Assembly (NCBI GenBank): GCA_003281285.1
Contig: QCCJ01000003.1
Span: 3,130-67,129 of the forward strand
Length of the DNA stretch: 64,000 bases
Reading direction: 5' to 3'
Source: Prochlorococcus sp. AG-347-K22
GTDB lineage: Bacteria > Cyanobacteriota > Cyanobacteriia > PCC-6307 > Cyanobiaceae
In this document: positions 33,753-44,912 of the stretch, in pieces
How the letters are laid out: every line of letters begins with the position of its first letter
Numbering within the stretch: the first letter of the stretch is position 1
The notes under the pieces: generated by a model
What the model was told of the DNA's origin: nothing
What the model saw: the letters and a program-made list of their open reading frames with translations, nothing else
Database searches by the model: none
Translations under genes and position numbers: made by a program

Positions 33753-36700
33753 TATTTAATTAGTGCTTCAATAAGATGTTTATATAATCTGAATGATAAT
33801 TTATCGAAATTATTATTTCCAAAGAAGAAATCTGGTTCTTTTTCATTTCCAAAACATAATTTCATTTCGATATTATCTCGTTCTCCTTTAGAAAAAATTT
33901 TATTACCAATCCATCTATCCGTAAAAGCTTTTTTCTCATCTTTTGATTTTATTTTTGCTTCTACATACTTATAAGTACTTTCTGGAGGGACAGGTAAACA
34001 TTTTTCAGAATAATTTTTAAAAATATTTATGTATTCATTCAAAATTAAATTTGATTCAATTTCTCCGGGCATTTGAATAATTTGCGATTTATAGTGATTT
34101 TCTGTTCTAAAAATTACTTTAGTCTTTTTTATATTCTTCTTAAAAGAAGAAATGAAGAGTGATTTTATCCAAACCTCTTTCAAACGACTTAAACTTAATT
34201 TCGAATGAATTAATTCAATTACGGTATCATCAGAGATGAAAAATTCTTCTTTATTCGAATTTTCTTTAACATAAATTCTATTAATCTTATTGTTTTGACT
34301 CAAACTTCTAGATAGACTCCCTAATAAATCTTTAATTTCTTTTTCTTTAATAAAAATACTATTTTTGGGAATAATAATTCCATTTTCAACCAATTGATCA
34401 TTAATATTCAAAATTTTTAAATCATCAATAATCTTATGATTATCAATCTCTATTTTTTGGATTATTTTTGTAATTAGTATCGACTTCTGCAGATTACTTA
34501 CATACTCCTCATCTGGATGATGAATAAATATTTCCTTGGGGGAAATATTTTTTTTATTAAGCCAATATTTTTGTGGAGTCTTAAACCAATAAATAAGTTC
34601 TGATAATTTGTAATTTTTAATATCATATTTTTTTTCATTCCAATCTATATCTTCTACTAAAGAATAATTACTTTTAATTAACTTAGAAGAATCTAGATCA
34701 ATTATATCTTTTTTATTTAAATCAGAATCTTTAATTATGAGTTCTCTTTGGCTTTGGTTTAAAAAACTATCAAAAAAATAAATTAACTCTCTTATAGGAA
34801 AAGAAACATCTAATTTTTTATTGTTTTTGTCATTCTTTACCCAAGTAACTATAAATTTATCTCTACAGGCAATTAACAACTCAAGAAATGAATATTTTTC
34901 TCTTTCGAAAACTGATGGATCTCCCAGTTGATATTTATTATTTAATATATTAATATTTTCATTCTTCGATAATTTTGGATAATAAATACTATTCATATCT
35001 ATTAGGAAGATAATCTTATGTGGAATATGCCTTGAATTCTCAATATTACTTACTAGGATCTTGTTAATACGTGATTTACTTTCATATTTAGTTTTATTTA
35101 TGCAAGAAATTAATATCTCTCTAAAAACATTCAACAAAATAAGATCATCAGGGATTAAATTGATTGCGTTATTATCAAGAATTCTATTTATTTCACCTAT
35201 TTCTAAATCAAAATTTGCATAAGAATTAGCAATACAATTTAATATAAACTTTATCTTCTCAACCCAACTTGAGTAAGAAAAAGATCCCCTTAGCAAATTA
35301 ATATATTTTTTTAAATCAAGTAATAATTTAATCCATTTATTTAAATCCAAACTTATATTTTTTAAGCTAAATGGTTTTAAATTAAAAGTACTTAAATTGA
35401 CTTCTTTGTCATATATCAAGCCTAAAGTAATTCTATTTATACACCACTCTAGAGTATTTTTTTCTTCGCCAAATCTTTCATTAGCATCTAATCCCCAATG
35501 AAAACCAACTTGGGTAAGTAAGAAAATAATTTCATCCTTCTCGGTAATATCAAAATCAAAAATGTGCTGAGTTACTTTTTTCGAAAGAATATAATCTATT
35601 TTTTCAAGTGTAATTTTCTCATTTGCTATTTCAGTAATGTCAATTAAAAATTTATAAATGTCTGGATAATCGTTATTATCATCATCAATAAAAAAATAAG
35701 GTATCTTTTTACCATTAATTAACTCATTATTAAAGATATACCTTAGATAAGGTTTAATTTGATCAGTTTGTGGAGTTAAAAGAGCAATATCACTATATTT
35801 AATATTATTGCAAGAATTTATTATTTCTATAATTTTATTTCTTATAAATTCTAATTGACTATTCTGATTAAAATGCTCAAAAAGTAATATTGAATCATCA
35901 TTTTCATTTACTATAAAATCATCGTTATTATTATCAATTAGTTTTTTTTGTATTTGATTAAGAAGAGGAATATCTCTATTATCATAAAAATTTGTTGTTG
36001 GATCTACGTATATAAGATTATTTTTTAAATTTATATCTTCCGTATAAATATTTTCCTCAATTAATTTCTGAAAGTTTGCTCCAAATTTACCAAAAATTTT
36101 CTCTATATTTGTATTAATTAAATTAAATTTACTTCGGTTATCATCAAATTCCAACTTCCCTTCAATACAATTTATTCTATTCCATAGATCATCGCCTCCC
36201 GATAATAAATATAAATTTACCTTAGTAAACTTTGAAAGTTCTGAATAAAAGTTAATATGTAGTTTAGATAAATTATTATCAGAAATAATGTAAATTTGAT
36301 TTGGTATCTTATTCTGTAAAACTTTTAATTTTTTTAAATTTTTTATAACCTCAATCATATATAAACAAACAGGTTTTTCAGATATCTTTTTCTCTAATAA
36401 TTTATATAAAATAGGTTGCCAAAATTGATCTGAATTTAAATTTTTAAATAGATTAAGTGAATTAATTTCATACCTATTCCATTCAGCAATCATTTCAGGT
36501 CTAAAAATTAGATAATCAATAAAATTATTTGTGATCTTTTTTGTCAGGTTATATAGGTCTCCATCAATTGTCTTTTTATTATCTAAATATTTATTAATCC
36601 AATTTCTAAGCGGAAAAGATTCTTTAAAGCTATTTAATTCTTCTAATGAATCAATAATACCCCATTTAATTGACTCAAAATTCCATAAACCCATATCAAT

Positions 36701-36934
36701 TCCTGGAAAAAAATTTGTTAATAATGATTCGGTATAACTTGATATTGTCTTTAATTCATAAAGAGCACTTATTTTGTTTTTTATAGTTATTTGTTCAGTT
36801 AACCACTTACCCAAAAAATAATTAGGAACAACTATTTCTAAATTCTCAGTTATAAGAGGAGGACATATTTTTAATTCTTCTGCCAACAGCTCACTAATTA
36901 CTTCAATTTTATTTGACTTATATAAATTGAGCAA
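33752..36934 (-). CDS. recC: exodeoxyribonuclease V gamma subunit RecC
   Basis: MLNLYKSNKIEVI, IVVPN, DYLIFRPEM, LLNQIQ; 1060 aa upstream of recB. Confidence 0.88.
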   Translation of the reverse strand: MLNLYKSNKIEVISELLAEELKICPPLITENLEIVVPNYFLGKWLTEQITIKNKISALYELKTISSYTESLLTNFFPGIDMGLWNFESIKWGIIDSLEELNSFKESFPLRNWINKYLDNKKTIDGDLYNLTKKITNNFIDYLIFRPEMIAEWNRYEINSLNLFKNLNSDQFWQPILYKLLEKKISEKPVCLYMIEVIKNLKKLKVLQNKIPNQIYIISDNNLSKLHINFYSELSKFTKVNLYLLSGGDDLWNRINCIEGKLEFDDNRSKFNLINTNIEKIFGKFGANFQKLIEENIYTEDINLKNNLIYVDPTTNFYDNRDIPLLNQIQKKLIDNNNDDFIVNENDDSILLFEHFNQNSQLEFIRNKIIEIINSCNNIKYSDIALLTPQTDQIKPYLRYIFNNELINGKKIPYFFIDDDNNDYPDIYKFLIDITEIANEKITLEKIDYILSKKVTQHIFDFDITEKDEIIFLLTQVGFHWGLDANERFGEEKNTLEWCINRITLGLIYDKEVNLSTFNLKPFSLKNISLDLNKWIKLLLDLKKYINLLRGSFSYSSWVEKIKFILNCIANSYANFDLEIGEINRILDNNAINLIPDDLILLNVFREILISCINKTKYESKSRINKILVSNIENSRHIPHKIIFLIDMNSIYYPKLSKNENINILNNKYQLGDPSVFEREKYSFLELLIACRDKFIVTWVKNDKNNKKLDVSFPIRELIYFFDSFLNQSQRELIIKDSDLNKKDIIDLDSSKLIKSNYSLVEDIDWNEKKYDIKNYKLSELIYWFKTPQKYWLNKKNISPKEIFIHHPDEEYVSNLQKSILITKIIQKIEIDNHKIIDDLKILNINDQLVENGIIIPKNSIFIKEKEIKDLLGSLSRSLSQNNKINRIYVKENSNKEEFFISDDTVIELIHSKLSLSRLKEVWIKSLFISSFKKNIKKTKVIFRTENHYKSQIIQMPGEIESNLILNEYINIFKNYSEKCLPVPPESTYKYVEAKIKSKDEKKAFTDRWIGNKIFSKGERDNIEMKLCFGNEKEPDFFFGNNNFDKLSFRLYKHLIEALIK

Positions 36935-36951
36935 TTTACTAGTTGGTTTTA

Positions 36952-37269
36952 TTACTCAACTTTAAATGGATCAGATATTTCTGCATTAGGAAATTCGAAT
37001 TCCCCAACAGCAACAAACTCTAAACGCAGCTTTAAGAAAGTTATAAATTTTTTATCCGTTGATAAAATAGCTGCTGGGCGTGATGGAATGTTTGCTTTTA
37101 GATCAACAAATTGGGTAGTTTGCAAAAATGATGGATTTTTTAAAAGCCAAAAATCTATTTCTTTATTATTCTCTTTATAGTTCCTCCTCCTCTCTTTCAA
37201 AATCTCCTCAATTGGTTCTTCAACAGTTAAAAACTTTTCACTTGCCGCGACGAAAAAATATGTTGTCAT
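36952..37269 (-). CDS. ycf54: Ycf54 (Mg-protoporphyrin monomethyl ester cyclase accessory protein)
   Basis: TYFFVAASEKFLTVEEPIEEILKER...FITFLKLRLEFV. Confidence 0.92.
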   Translation of the reverse strand: MTTYFFVAASEKFLTVEEPIEEILKERRRNYKENNKEIDFWLLKNPSFLQTTQFVDLKANIPSRPAAILSTDKKFITFLKLRLEFVAVGEFEFPNAEISDPFKVE

Positions 37270-37994
37270 TTTGCAATTAAATTTGATGTAATAAGGGACT
37301 TCATTTCACGTACAGAATTTTCTAATCCTATCGCTAAAGCCCTTGCAACAATACTATGACCTATGTTTAACTCGTTCATATTGTTAATTGATGCAATTTT
37401 TTCAACATTATTATAGTTAAGGCCATGACCAGCATTAACAACTAATCCAAGGTCGTTTGCTAAATGTGTAGACTCTATAATCCTTTGTAGCTCTTTATAT
37501 TGTTCAGAGCCTGATAGTTCAGCATATTTTCCAGTATGTAATTCTATAAAATCAAACCCTATTTCTTTGGAATAATTTATCTGTTCACCAAGAGGATCAA
37601 TAAATGCACTAACTTCTATATTTGAATCCTTTAAATTACCAACAAAATTTTTAAGGTATTGCACATTACTTTTTAAATCCAACCCGCCTTCTGTAGTAAC
37701 TTCCTCTCTTTTCTCTGGTACAAGCGTTACATAATCGGGAAGAGTTTTTTTGGCAATTTCTAACATTTCTTTTGTAGCAGCCATCTCTAAATTGAGTTTT
37801 GTTTTTATAGTCTCTTTAAGAAGGAATACGTCTCTATCTTGTATATGTCTTCTATCTTCTCTTAGATGCACTGTTATGGAGTCTGCCCCTCCTAATTCAG
37901 CTAAAAAAGCAAATTGCACAGGATCAGGCTCGACAGTTTTCCTTGCTTGCCTTACATTTGCAATATGATCAATGTTTACTCCTAAAGTAGCCAT
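37266..37994 (-). CDS. pdxJ: pyridoxine 5'-phosphate synthase (start corrected to MATLGVN)
   Basis: LGVNIDHIANVRQAR, HLREDRRHIQ, VPEKREEVTTEGG, AGHGL; the upstream extension in the ORF track overlaps plsC on the opposite strand. Confidence 0.95.
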   Translation of the reverse strand: MATLGVNIDHIANVRQARKTVEPDPVQFAFLAELGGADSITVHLREDRRHIQDRDVFLLKETIKTKLNLEMAATKEMLEIAKKTLPDYVTLVPEKREEVTTEGGLDLKSNVQYLKNFVGNLKDSNIEVSAFIDPLGEQINYSKEIGFDFIELHTGKYAELSGSEQYKELQRIIESTHLANDLGLVVNAGHGLNYNNVEKIASINNMNELNIGHSIVARALAIGLENSVREMKSLITSNLIAK

Positions 37995-38094
37995 AATTTT
38001 AAAAATCTTAGTTTCTAGACAATCTAGTAACCGCCCAATAATAGCTAATAAAAAAAGGCAAACACTTAAATTATTAATATATAGTAAATAGATC

Positions 38095-38769
38095 TTGAAA
38101 AAAAATTCCTTAAATATTTGGTATAAAATCAACCCTATATTGGGATTTGTTGCAATGTTCGTTACACAGGACGTTGTTTTGAGATTCTTTTTTGGAAAAA
38201 AGAAAATATTAAAAAATGGTTTTTCGATTCCCATAAATTCCTCTATCATTTTGGCTCCAACGCACAGATCAAGATGGGACGGCTTATTACTCACCATGGC
38301 AATGGGTAGAAGGGTAACAAAAAAGGATTGTAGATTTATGGTTACTAAATCCGAAATGAAAGGAATACAAGGTTGGTTTTTAAAAAGACTTGGATGTTTT
38401 TCGATAAATCAATTATCGCCATCTCTCTCAGCGTTAAGATATGCAATTGATCTTATAGAACAAGGGGAACAACTAGTTGTTTTCCCCGAAGGAAAAATTA
38501 ATAAATATGGAAAAAAATTAGTTCTCAAAGAAGGACTATTTAGATTAGCTAGATTAGCTACAAAAAAAACCACCTCTATTACTATAATTCCAATTGGAAT
38601 TGCTTACAGCAAAATACCTCCGAACTTTAGAGGCGAATTTTGTTTATCCTTCGGAAAACCAATACCAATTAATGATTACTCAAACTTTACGATTAAGGAC
38701 TTTAACAAATTTCTAAATGAAAAAATGACTCAAGAGGAAGAAAAAGCATTAAAAAATGTAGGTAGATGA
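38095..38769 (+). CDS. plsC: 1-acyl-sn-glycerol-3-phosphate acyltransferase (start may be ATG at 38155)
   Basis: THRSRWD HxxxxD motif, FPEG. Confidence 0.85.
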   Translation: MKKNSLNIWYKINPILGFVAMFVTQDVVLRFFFGKKKILKNGFSIPINSSIILAPTHRSRWDGLLLTMAMGRRVTKKDCRFMVTKSEMKGIQGWFLKRLGCFSINQLSPSLSALRYAIDLIEQGEQLVVFPEGKINKYGKKLVLKEGLFRLARLATKKTTSITIIPIGIAYSKIPPNFRGEFCLSFGKPIPINDYSNFTIKDFNKFLNEKMTQEEEKALKNVGR

Positions 38770-38812
38770 ATCTGCAATAAGTTACTATGAATTTTAATAA
38801 TTTAAAAAGAAA

Positions 38813-39328
38813 ATGAAATTCTTAAAATTTATCCCAATTTTATTTATATTTTTTGGAAATGTTCCTTACAAAAATGAAGTTCGTGCAGAAATAAGTAATC
38901 CAGAAGACTTCAGAGTACTCTCAAATGTAAGTAAAAAGCTTTCCATATCAAACGTAGAATATTTTATAAAAGAAGGTGATAAATATATTAAAAACGGGGA
39001 TTTCGAAAAAGCTAAGGATTTTTACCTAGACGCTAGAAAATTAGCAAAGCAACTTGCGTCTTTTTATTCTGATCTAAATTCAACCTTTAAAGGAATTGAT
39101 GCGAGAATACCAAAAGAAATGCAAACAAAAGGTAAGCAAACATTACAAATTTTGGCGGAATCAAATGAGAGATTAGTATCTATGTATATAAAAACTGAAA
39201 AGCCTGAGGTTGCAGTACCCCTACTTGTTGAAATAATTAGAATAATGTCACCTAATAGTCCCGAAGGTAAAAAAGCTTATGAAAGACTGATCCAACTAGG
39301 ATTTGTTGAAACAAAATACAAAGGTTAA
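38813..39328 (+). CDS. conserved hypothetical exported protein (helical, TPR-like)
   Basis: Signal peptide; FKGIDARIP...AVPLLVEII...LGF. Confidence 0.7.
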   Translation: MKFLKFIPILFIFFGNVPYKNEVRAEISNPEDFRVLSNVSKKLSISNVEYFIKEGDKYIKNGDFEKAKDFYLDARKLAKQLASFYSDLNSTFKGIDARIPKEMQTKGKQTLQILAESNERLVSMYIKTEKPEVAVPLLVEIIRIMSPNSPEGKKAYERLIQLGFVETKYKG

Positions 39329-39340
39329 TTAAAATTTACT

Positions 39341-39571
39341 ATGATCACAAAACTAGACGTTATTAAATTAATAACAAAAAAAATTCCAAGTTCTCAAGTT
39401 TTTGTTGAAAACCTTAAGGGAAATGATCATTTGCAAGTAACTGTAATTGCATCTGAATTCAATGGATTATCATTAGTTAAACAACACCAGCTAGTATATT
39501 CTGCTTTGAAGGAAGAATTAGCTTCTGAGGCTATCCATGCACTGGCATTAAAAACAAAAACTCCAAATTGA
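39341..39571 (+). CDS. bolA: BolA family protein
   Basis: FNGLSLVKQHQLVYSAL, IHALALKT. Confidence 0.92.
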   Translation: MITKLDVIKLITKKIPSSQVFVENLKGNDHLQVTVIASEFNGLSLVKQHQLVYSALKEELASEAIHALALKTKTPN

Positions 39572-39574
39572 ATT

Positions 39575-39898
39575 ATGGACAACTTAACAAAAGATAAAAT
39601 ACAAAAACTGATTGATTCTAATCCACTGATGGTTTTCATGAAGGGGACAAAGTTAATGCCTCAATGCGGTTTTTCCAACAATGTAGTTCAAATTTTTAAT
39701 TCCTTAGGGGTAGAATTTGGTACTTTTGATGTTTTAAGTGACTTTGCTATAAGAGAAGGTATCAAAGAATATTCAGATTGGCCAACAATACCTCAAGTTT
39801 ACTTAAAAGGAGAATTTCTTGGTGGATCAGACATTCTCATTGAGATGTACAACTCTGGATCTCTTAAAGAAAGAATAGAAATTGAACTAGCGTCTTAA
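39575..39898 (+). CDS. grxD: monothiol glutaredoxin (Grx4)
   Basis: [18 protein letters not shown]. Confidence 0.95.
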   Translation: MDNLTKDKIQKLIDSNPLMVFMKGTKLMPQCGFSNNVVQIFNSLGVEFGTFDVLSDFAIREGIKEYSDWPTIPQVYLKGEFLGGSDILIEMYNSGSLKERIEIELAS

Positions 39899-39946
39899 GA
39901 TAATTAGTGAGTATAAATACTGTATTGATTAATAAAAATTAATATT

Positions 39947-40216
39947 TTAAATCCTTTTTTTATCAAAAAAACCTTTATTTACATCCCCATCTGGATCAAT
40001 AAAACTTGATGGATCTAAAATCCATCTTTCAATTAATCTTTCTAATTTCTCTTGATCCTTTTGCTCTAAACTACTGCAATTCCTTAATGCTTGGAGATAA
40101 CCATCACTATATAATTTAAGATCAGATGGGGGATGAAAACGAGTAACTAAGTCCTGGCAACTATCGCAAATTGATTGAAAGTGACGAATTGCTTTGGGGT
40201 TTTCAAATGATGTCAT
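39947..40216 (-). CDS. conserved cyanobacterial hypothetical protein
   Basis: IRHFQSICD...LKLYSDGYLQALR...DPSSF. Confidence 0.75.
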   Translation of the reverse strand: MTSFENPKAIRHFQSICDSCQDLVTRFHPPSDLKLYSDGYLQALRNCSSLEQKDQEKLERLIERWILDPSSFIDPDGDVNKGFFDKKRI

Positions 40217-40302
40217 AATTCGATAAATTCTGATTTTTATATTGCATTTGTTATACCTTATTAAGAAAGATCAAAAATTGCCTGGCCAAACAGTAATTAA
40301 GA

Positions 40303-41040
40303 ATGCAATCAACTGAGCAAATCTTAGCTTCAACTCCTGGCAGTACACAATTGCCTACGAGCTCTCAAACTCCCTCAAGAGTTCTAGTTGTTGAACCTCA
40401 CCCCACACTTAGAACAGTCCTTGTGCAAAGGCTTCGCCAAGATGGACACTTAGCTGCAGCAGTAGGTACGGCTGCAGAAGCTATTGACTTATGCAGAGAA
40501 CAATCACCTGACTTATTAGTTAGCGCAGAAATTCTCGAGCAGAATACTGCAATGAGACTAGCCCAACAACTGGGGTCTTCAGTCATAGTTTTAACAGCAA
40601 GATCAGGTGTTGAAGCATTAGTAAATCTATTAGATGAAGGGGCAGATGATGTTCTCAGAAAACCTTTTGGACTTGAAGAGCTTGCAGCACGATGCAGAAC
40701 ACTCTTAAAAAGGGGAAGGATAGGATTACAAGAGAAAGTTGAGGTTGGACCTTTAGAGGTTCATCTTCTTTTAAGACAAGTTACTCTTAGCGAGAAGCCC
40801 GTAGAATTAAGCCCTAGGGAGTTCGCTCTGCTTTGCGCTCTTCTTATGCCACCCGGAATGGTAAGAAGTCGTCAAGAGCTCTTAAGAATGGCTTGGCCGC
40901 CCTTCAGTGGTGGCCCTAGGTCTGTTGATACCCAAGTTTTAACTTTGAGGAGAAAATTAGAACAGGCTGGACTGGGAGAGGGTGGAGGAATAACCACTGT
41001 TAGACAACAAGGTTATCGATTCAGTATTGATAATATTTAA
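40303..41040 (+). CDS. OmpR-family response regulator with atypical receiver
   Basis: Receiver (VLTAR, GADD, KPF) plus winged helix (RSVDTQV, TVRQQGYRF). Confidence 0.9.
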   Translation: MQSTEQILASTPGSTQLPTSSQTPSRVLVVEPHPTLRTVLVQRLRQDGHLAAAVGTAAEAIDLCREQSPDLLVSAEILEQNTAMRLAQQLGSSVIVLTARSGVEALVNLLDEGADDVLRKPFGLEELAARCRTLLKRGRIGLQEKVEVGPLEVHLLLRQVTLSEKPVELSPREFALLCALLMPPGMVRSRQELLRMAWPPFSGGPRSVDTQVLTLRRKLEQAGLGEGGGITTVRQQGYRFSIDNI

Positions 41041-41543
41041 TTTAAAAAAGCAAAAAGCTCACCAATAATCATTGAAACTGATAGTAATGTTAGTAATTTA
41101 TACGTCCATAATGGTGATATGTAAGATATTTCATTAATAGCAACCCCTGTATTACTGGAAACAATTAATAAGAATTTTTCAAAGTTTTCCACTCTTTGTG
41201 GGACAAGAAAATTGTCCCCTTGGAAAGTATTAAAGTAATAAACTTTACTACCCTGACTGGTTGGTAATGATTTGATTAATTTAATATCTTTCCAATAAAT
41301 CTCCCAATTTTTTTTTCCTAAGAATTTAGAAATAAAGCTACTTTTGTATGAAATTTTATTACTGCAAGTTTCTACATAATCACTTGTGATATTGATTATC
41401 AAATAAAGTCCTAAGGCAAAAATTATAATAGAGAGGATTTTTAATTTTTCAATTGAAATGAATGGTAAAGGAATTGTAAGAGCTAAATAAAGAGAAATTA
41501 ACGAACTTTTTACAAAAAAAAGAGTTTTAAACTTTTCTATCAT
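41037..41543 (-). CDS. conserved hypothetical membrane protein
   Basis: 168-aa ORF, LYLALTIPLP, TSQGSKVYYF. Confidence 0.7.
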   Translation of the reverse strand: MIEKFKTLFFVKSSLISLYLALTIPLPFISIEKLKILSIIIFALGLYLIINITSDYVETCSNKISYKSSFISKFLGKKNWEIYWKDIKLIKSLPTSQGSKVYYFNTFQGDNFLVPQRVENFEKFLLIVSSNTGVAINEISYISPLWTYKLLTLLSVSMIIGELFAFLN

Positions 41544-41558
41544 TTCAGTAGGATCCTT

Positions 41559-43103
41559 TTAGTCGGGCAATTTAAAACTGTTTATGTTTAACTTTGCACC
41601 TATTTTGTGAGCGCATGCGTATCCACTAAAAGCAACTGCATTAAGTCCTTGACCAGGGAAGCATGAATCTCCTACACAATAAAGGTTTTGAATTTTTGTA
41701 GTGTTGTAAGGCATTGGTAAAAGTCCAAGCAACTTTTTACTAGGAATTGGCCCATAACTACCTTCATATCTTCCAAGAAACTTTTTATGAGTTTTCGGAG
41801 TACCAATTTCTTTGTGATCAATATTTTGTTCAATATTAGGAAGAATAGTTGATATTTTTTCAACAAGAAATGAAAAATATTTTTCTTTCTTTTGCAAATA
41901 CTCTTTCCTTGATAGGCCTTCCCATTCACTCATTGATGAAGGAGTAAATGCATGTACTATATGCTTACCTTCTGGAGCCAGTGATGAGTCAAGCAAAGTA
42001 GGTATAGAAACAAAAATTACTCCCTTTTCACTTTCTAATTCATCCCAATTTTCAACGATAATATGATGACAATTAAAATTGTCGGATATTAGATTTTTTT
42101 CTACTCCAAGGTGAATCGAAACAAAAGAAGGTGAGGGTTTATAAGTTTCTGACCACTTATATTCACTTTTTGGCACGTTTTTACTCGAAATTAATCCTTT
42201 ATTATTATCTTTTAATCCAAACGTATCCCATCTAGTGGAGTTGGATACAATAACATTTGAATATATCTCTTCCCCATTTGAAAGCTTTACTCCTACTGCT
42301 TTCTCATCCTTTAAAAGAATTTCAGTCACATTAGCTTTGTATCTTATTCTGCCTCCTAATTTTTGTATGCCAGTAACTAACTTTTCTGCTATGGTTCCCA
42401 CCCCCCCTCTGGGATAATTAATACCTCCTGCATGCCTATCAGTAAAAACCATTCCCGCATTAATCATAGGAGTTTTGAGAGCTGGCATTACCGACCAACA
42501 AAAACATTCGATATCGATAAATTTTAAAAGTTCAGGATCTTTTATAAATTTTCTCGCTACATCTCCTGCATTTACTGGTAACCATCTAGCCAACCCTAGA
42601 CAGGCTAATGGGGATTTAAAGAAAACTTTAAAAAGGTAATTAGGATCCTCTATAGATAATAGAGGCATTGAATCTAAACATTTAAATACACTTGCACATG
42701 TATCGTAGAATTTCTTTATACCCTTTTTCTCCTTAGGGAAACTCGCAGATAATTTATTAATAAATTGATCATAATTTTTATCTACTGAAATATTGAAATT
42801 ATGTGGCAGATGATATTCCAATTGGACAGGATCAGGAATAGTTTCGCATTTTTCATTTACATCTTTTAGAGCACGAGTAAGTAAATTGGTATAACCTTTA
42901 TCTCCAAATCCAAATATCATTGAAGCGCCAACATCAAAGGTATAGCCTTTCCTCTTAAAAGAGCCCCCACTTCCTCCAGGAATAATATATTTTTCAAGAA
43001 CTAATACTCGTACCCCCTTAGCAGCTAATTGTGATGCTGTTACTAAGCCTCCAATTCCTGAGCCAATAATAATTGCATCGAAATTTTCCTTACTAAATTC
43101 CAT
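41559..43103 (-). CDS. crtH: carotenoid isomerase
   Basis: GSGIGG FAD motif, FDVGASMIFGFG, VGDSCFPGQGLNAVAFSG. Confidence 0.94.
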   Translation of the reverse strand: MEFSKENFDAIIIGSGIGGLVTASQLAAKGVRVLVLEKYIIPGGSGGSFKRKGYTFDVGASMIFGFGDKGYTNLLTRALKDVNEKCETIPDPVQLEYHLPHNFNISVDKNYDQFINKLSASFPKEKKGIKKFYDTCASVFKCLDSMPLLSIEDPNYLFKVFFKSPLACLGLARWLPVNAGDVARKFIKDPELLKFIDIECFCWSVMPALKTPMINAGMVFTDRHAGGINYPRGGVGTIAEKLVTGIQKLGGRIRYKANVTEILLKDEKAVGVKLSNGEEIYSNVIVSNSTRWDTFGLKDNNKGLISSKNVPKSEYKWSETYKPSPSFVSIHLGVEKNLISDNFNCHHIIVENWDELESEKGVIFVSIPTLLDSSLAPEGKHIVHAFTPSSMSEWEGLSRKEYLQKKEKYFSFLVEKISTILPNIEQNIDHKEIGTPKTHKKFLGRYEGSYGPIPSKKLLGLLPMPYNTTKIQNLYCVGDSCFPGQGLNAVAFSGYACAHKIGAKLNINSFKLPD

Positions 43104-43127
43104 TTTTTGGATCTTTGATAATTAATC

Positions 43128-44540
43128 TTAGTAAATTTTGCTAAGTAAGTGGTCTTTTTCAAAACAAGAATCTAGTATATTTTTAAATTCATTCAAGGCT
43201 AAAGTAGATCTTTCTTGATAAGCTTTATACCTTAATCTTTTATCTTTTATTCTTTTAGTTAGTTCTGGAACTAAACCAAACGAAGCAGGCATTGGTTGGA
43301 ATTTGTACTTTTTGTGATTAGACAATATTTGATTTTTGCTACTGATAAAATTTATTAGAGAACCAATCATTGATTCATCAGGAAAACTTACTGGTTTTTT
43401 ACCCTTAGCTAATAATGATGCATTTATTCCTGCAAGCAAGCCCCCTGCTGCTGCTGCGGCATAACCTTCCGTCCCCGTTATTTGTCCCGCAGCGAGAAGA
43501 TTTTCTCTTTTCATAAATTGCAATGTCGGTAAAAGTAATTTTGGAGATTCTAAAAAAGTATTTCTATGCATTACCCCAAAACGCACAAACTCAGCCTTTT
43601 CTAAACCAGGAATCATCCTAAATATTCTTTTTTGCTCAGACCATTTGAGGTTAGTTTGAAAACCTACCATATTTAGCAATTTTCCCTCTAAATCTTCTTT
43701 CCTTAATTGGACAACTGCATGAGGTCGCTTTTTCAATCTATTTTCTCTATCAAATAAATCTCCCCATTTTGGATTCCACAACCCAATGGATTTCAATGGT
43801 CCGTATCTCATTGTATCAACTCCTCTTCTAGCAATTTCTTCAATTGGTAAGCAAGCTTCAAAGAAATTAGCTGACTCTTTATCAAAGTCTTTTAAATTAG
43901 CTTGTTCTCCTTCTATTAGTTCATTTCTGAAATGGATGTAATCATTTTTATCCATAGGGCAATTAAGATATGCCGGATCTCCTTTGTCGTACCTACTAGC
44001 TTTAAAAACGATCTCTTGATCAATAGTATCTCCATAAATAATAGGACTAGCGGCATCAAAAAAATGACAGGCATCGACACCTGTAAAAGCTTGAATTTCA
44101 TAGGACAATTCATCGGCAGTTAATGGTCCAGTTGCAAGGATCGTTATATTTTCTTTGCTTGGGATATCCAATTGTTCAAATCTTTTAATTTCAATCAAAG
44201 GATGATTAGATAAAGTATCAGTTAAAGCGGTACTAAATTTAGATCTATCAACCGCCAAAGCGCCTCCTGCTGGTACTGCAAATTTGTCTGCCGTTTGAAC
44301 AATTAGTGATTTAAAAAATCTAAGTTCTTTTTGCAATAAACCTGCCGCTCTATCAGGACTTAGAGCACCAAAACTATTACTACAAACCAATTCTCCAAAC
44401 TCACCAGTATGATGAGCTGGAGTTGATTTAGTAGGTCTCATTTCAACCAACTTAACTGATATGCCAGAATTTGCCACTTGCCAAGCAGCTTCAGATCCGG
44501 CAAGACCAGCTCCGATAACTATTACCTCTTTATCTATCAA
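43128..44540 (-). CDS. trmFO: folate-dependent tRNA (U54) methyltransferase
   Basis: [38 protein letters not shown]. Confidence 0.96.
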   Translation of the reverse strand: MIDKEVIVIGAGLAGSEAAWQVANSGISVKLVEMRPTKSTPAHHTGEFGELVCSNSFGALSPDRAAGLLQKELRFFKSLIVQTADKFAVPAGGALAVDRSKFSTALTDTLSNHPLIEIKRFEQLDIPSKENITILATGPLTADELSYEIQAFTGVDACHFFDAASPIIYGDTIDQEIVFKASRYDKGDPAYLNCPMDKNDYIHFRNELIEGEQANLKDFDKESANFFEACLPIEEIARRGVDTMRYGPLKSIGLWNPKWGDLFDRENRLKKRPHAVVQLRKEDLEGKLLNMVGFQTNLKWSEQKRIFRMIPGLEKAEFVRFGVMHRNTFLESPKLLLPTLQFMKRENLLAAGQITGTEGYAAAAAGGLLAGINASLLAKGKKPVSFPDESMIGSLINFISSKNQILSNHKKYKFQPMPASFGLVPELTKRIKDKRLRYKAYQERSTLALNEFKNILDSCFEKDHLLSKIY

Positions 44541-44546
44541 ACTATA

Positions 44547-44663
44547 TTAATCCTTACCCAAAAAGTCCCTATTGAATTGCTCTCTTGCTGGTTTTTGTAT
44601 ATTAAACACAACCCAAGCTAAAGCAGCAATAATGGGAGCGAAAACTACGATTGTTCTAAGCAT
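44547..44663 (-). CDS. psbY: photosystem II protein Y
   Basis: Hand translation [38 protein letters not shown] (38 aa). Confidence 0.92.
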   Translation of the reverse strand: MLRTIVVFAPIIAALAWVVFNIQKPAREQFNRDFLGKD

Positions 44664-44840
44664 TTTAGAATTTCTGTTAATTATTAGAACATTTTAACTT
44701 TTAACTGTAAATTTAGAGAGAAATTTTAATTTTTTATTTCATAAGTTAAGAATTGTTTTTCTATTGTTCAACTTGAGATAAAAAGTTGTTTTTTTTGCCT
44801 TAAAAAGGGATAATTCCATATGTACTCGATTTTACAAAAT

Positions 44841-44912
44841 GGGTCGCTAGCTCAGCGGTAGAGCATCCGGCTTTTAACCGGCTGGTCCTGAGTTCGAATC
44901 TCAGGCGACCCA
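44841..44912 (+). tRNA. trnK: tRNA-Lys(UUU)
   Basis: GGGTCGCTAGCTCAGCGGTAGAGCATCCGGCTTTTAACCGGCTGGTCCTGAGTTCGAATCTCAGGCGACCCA. Confidence 0.97.

Noticed and set aside
37995-38297. N-terminal extension of PdxJ in the ORF track
   Set aside because: Overlaps plsC on the other strand; PdxJ homology begins at MATLGVN (37994)
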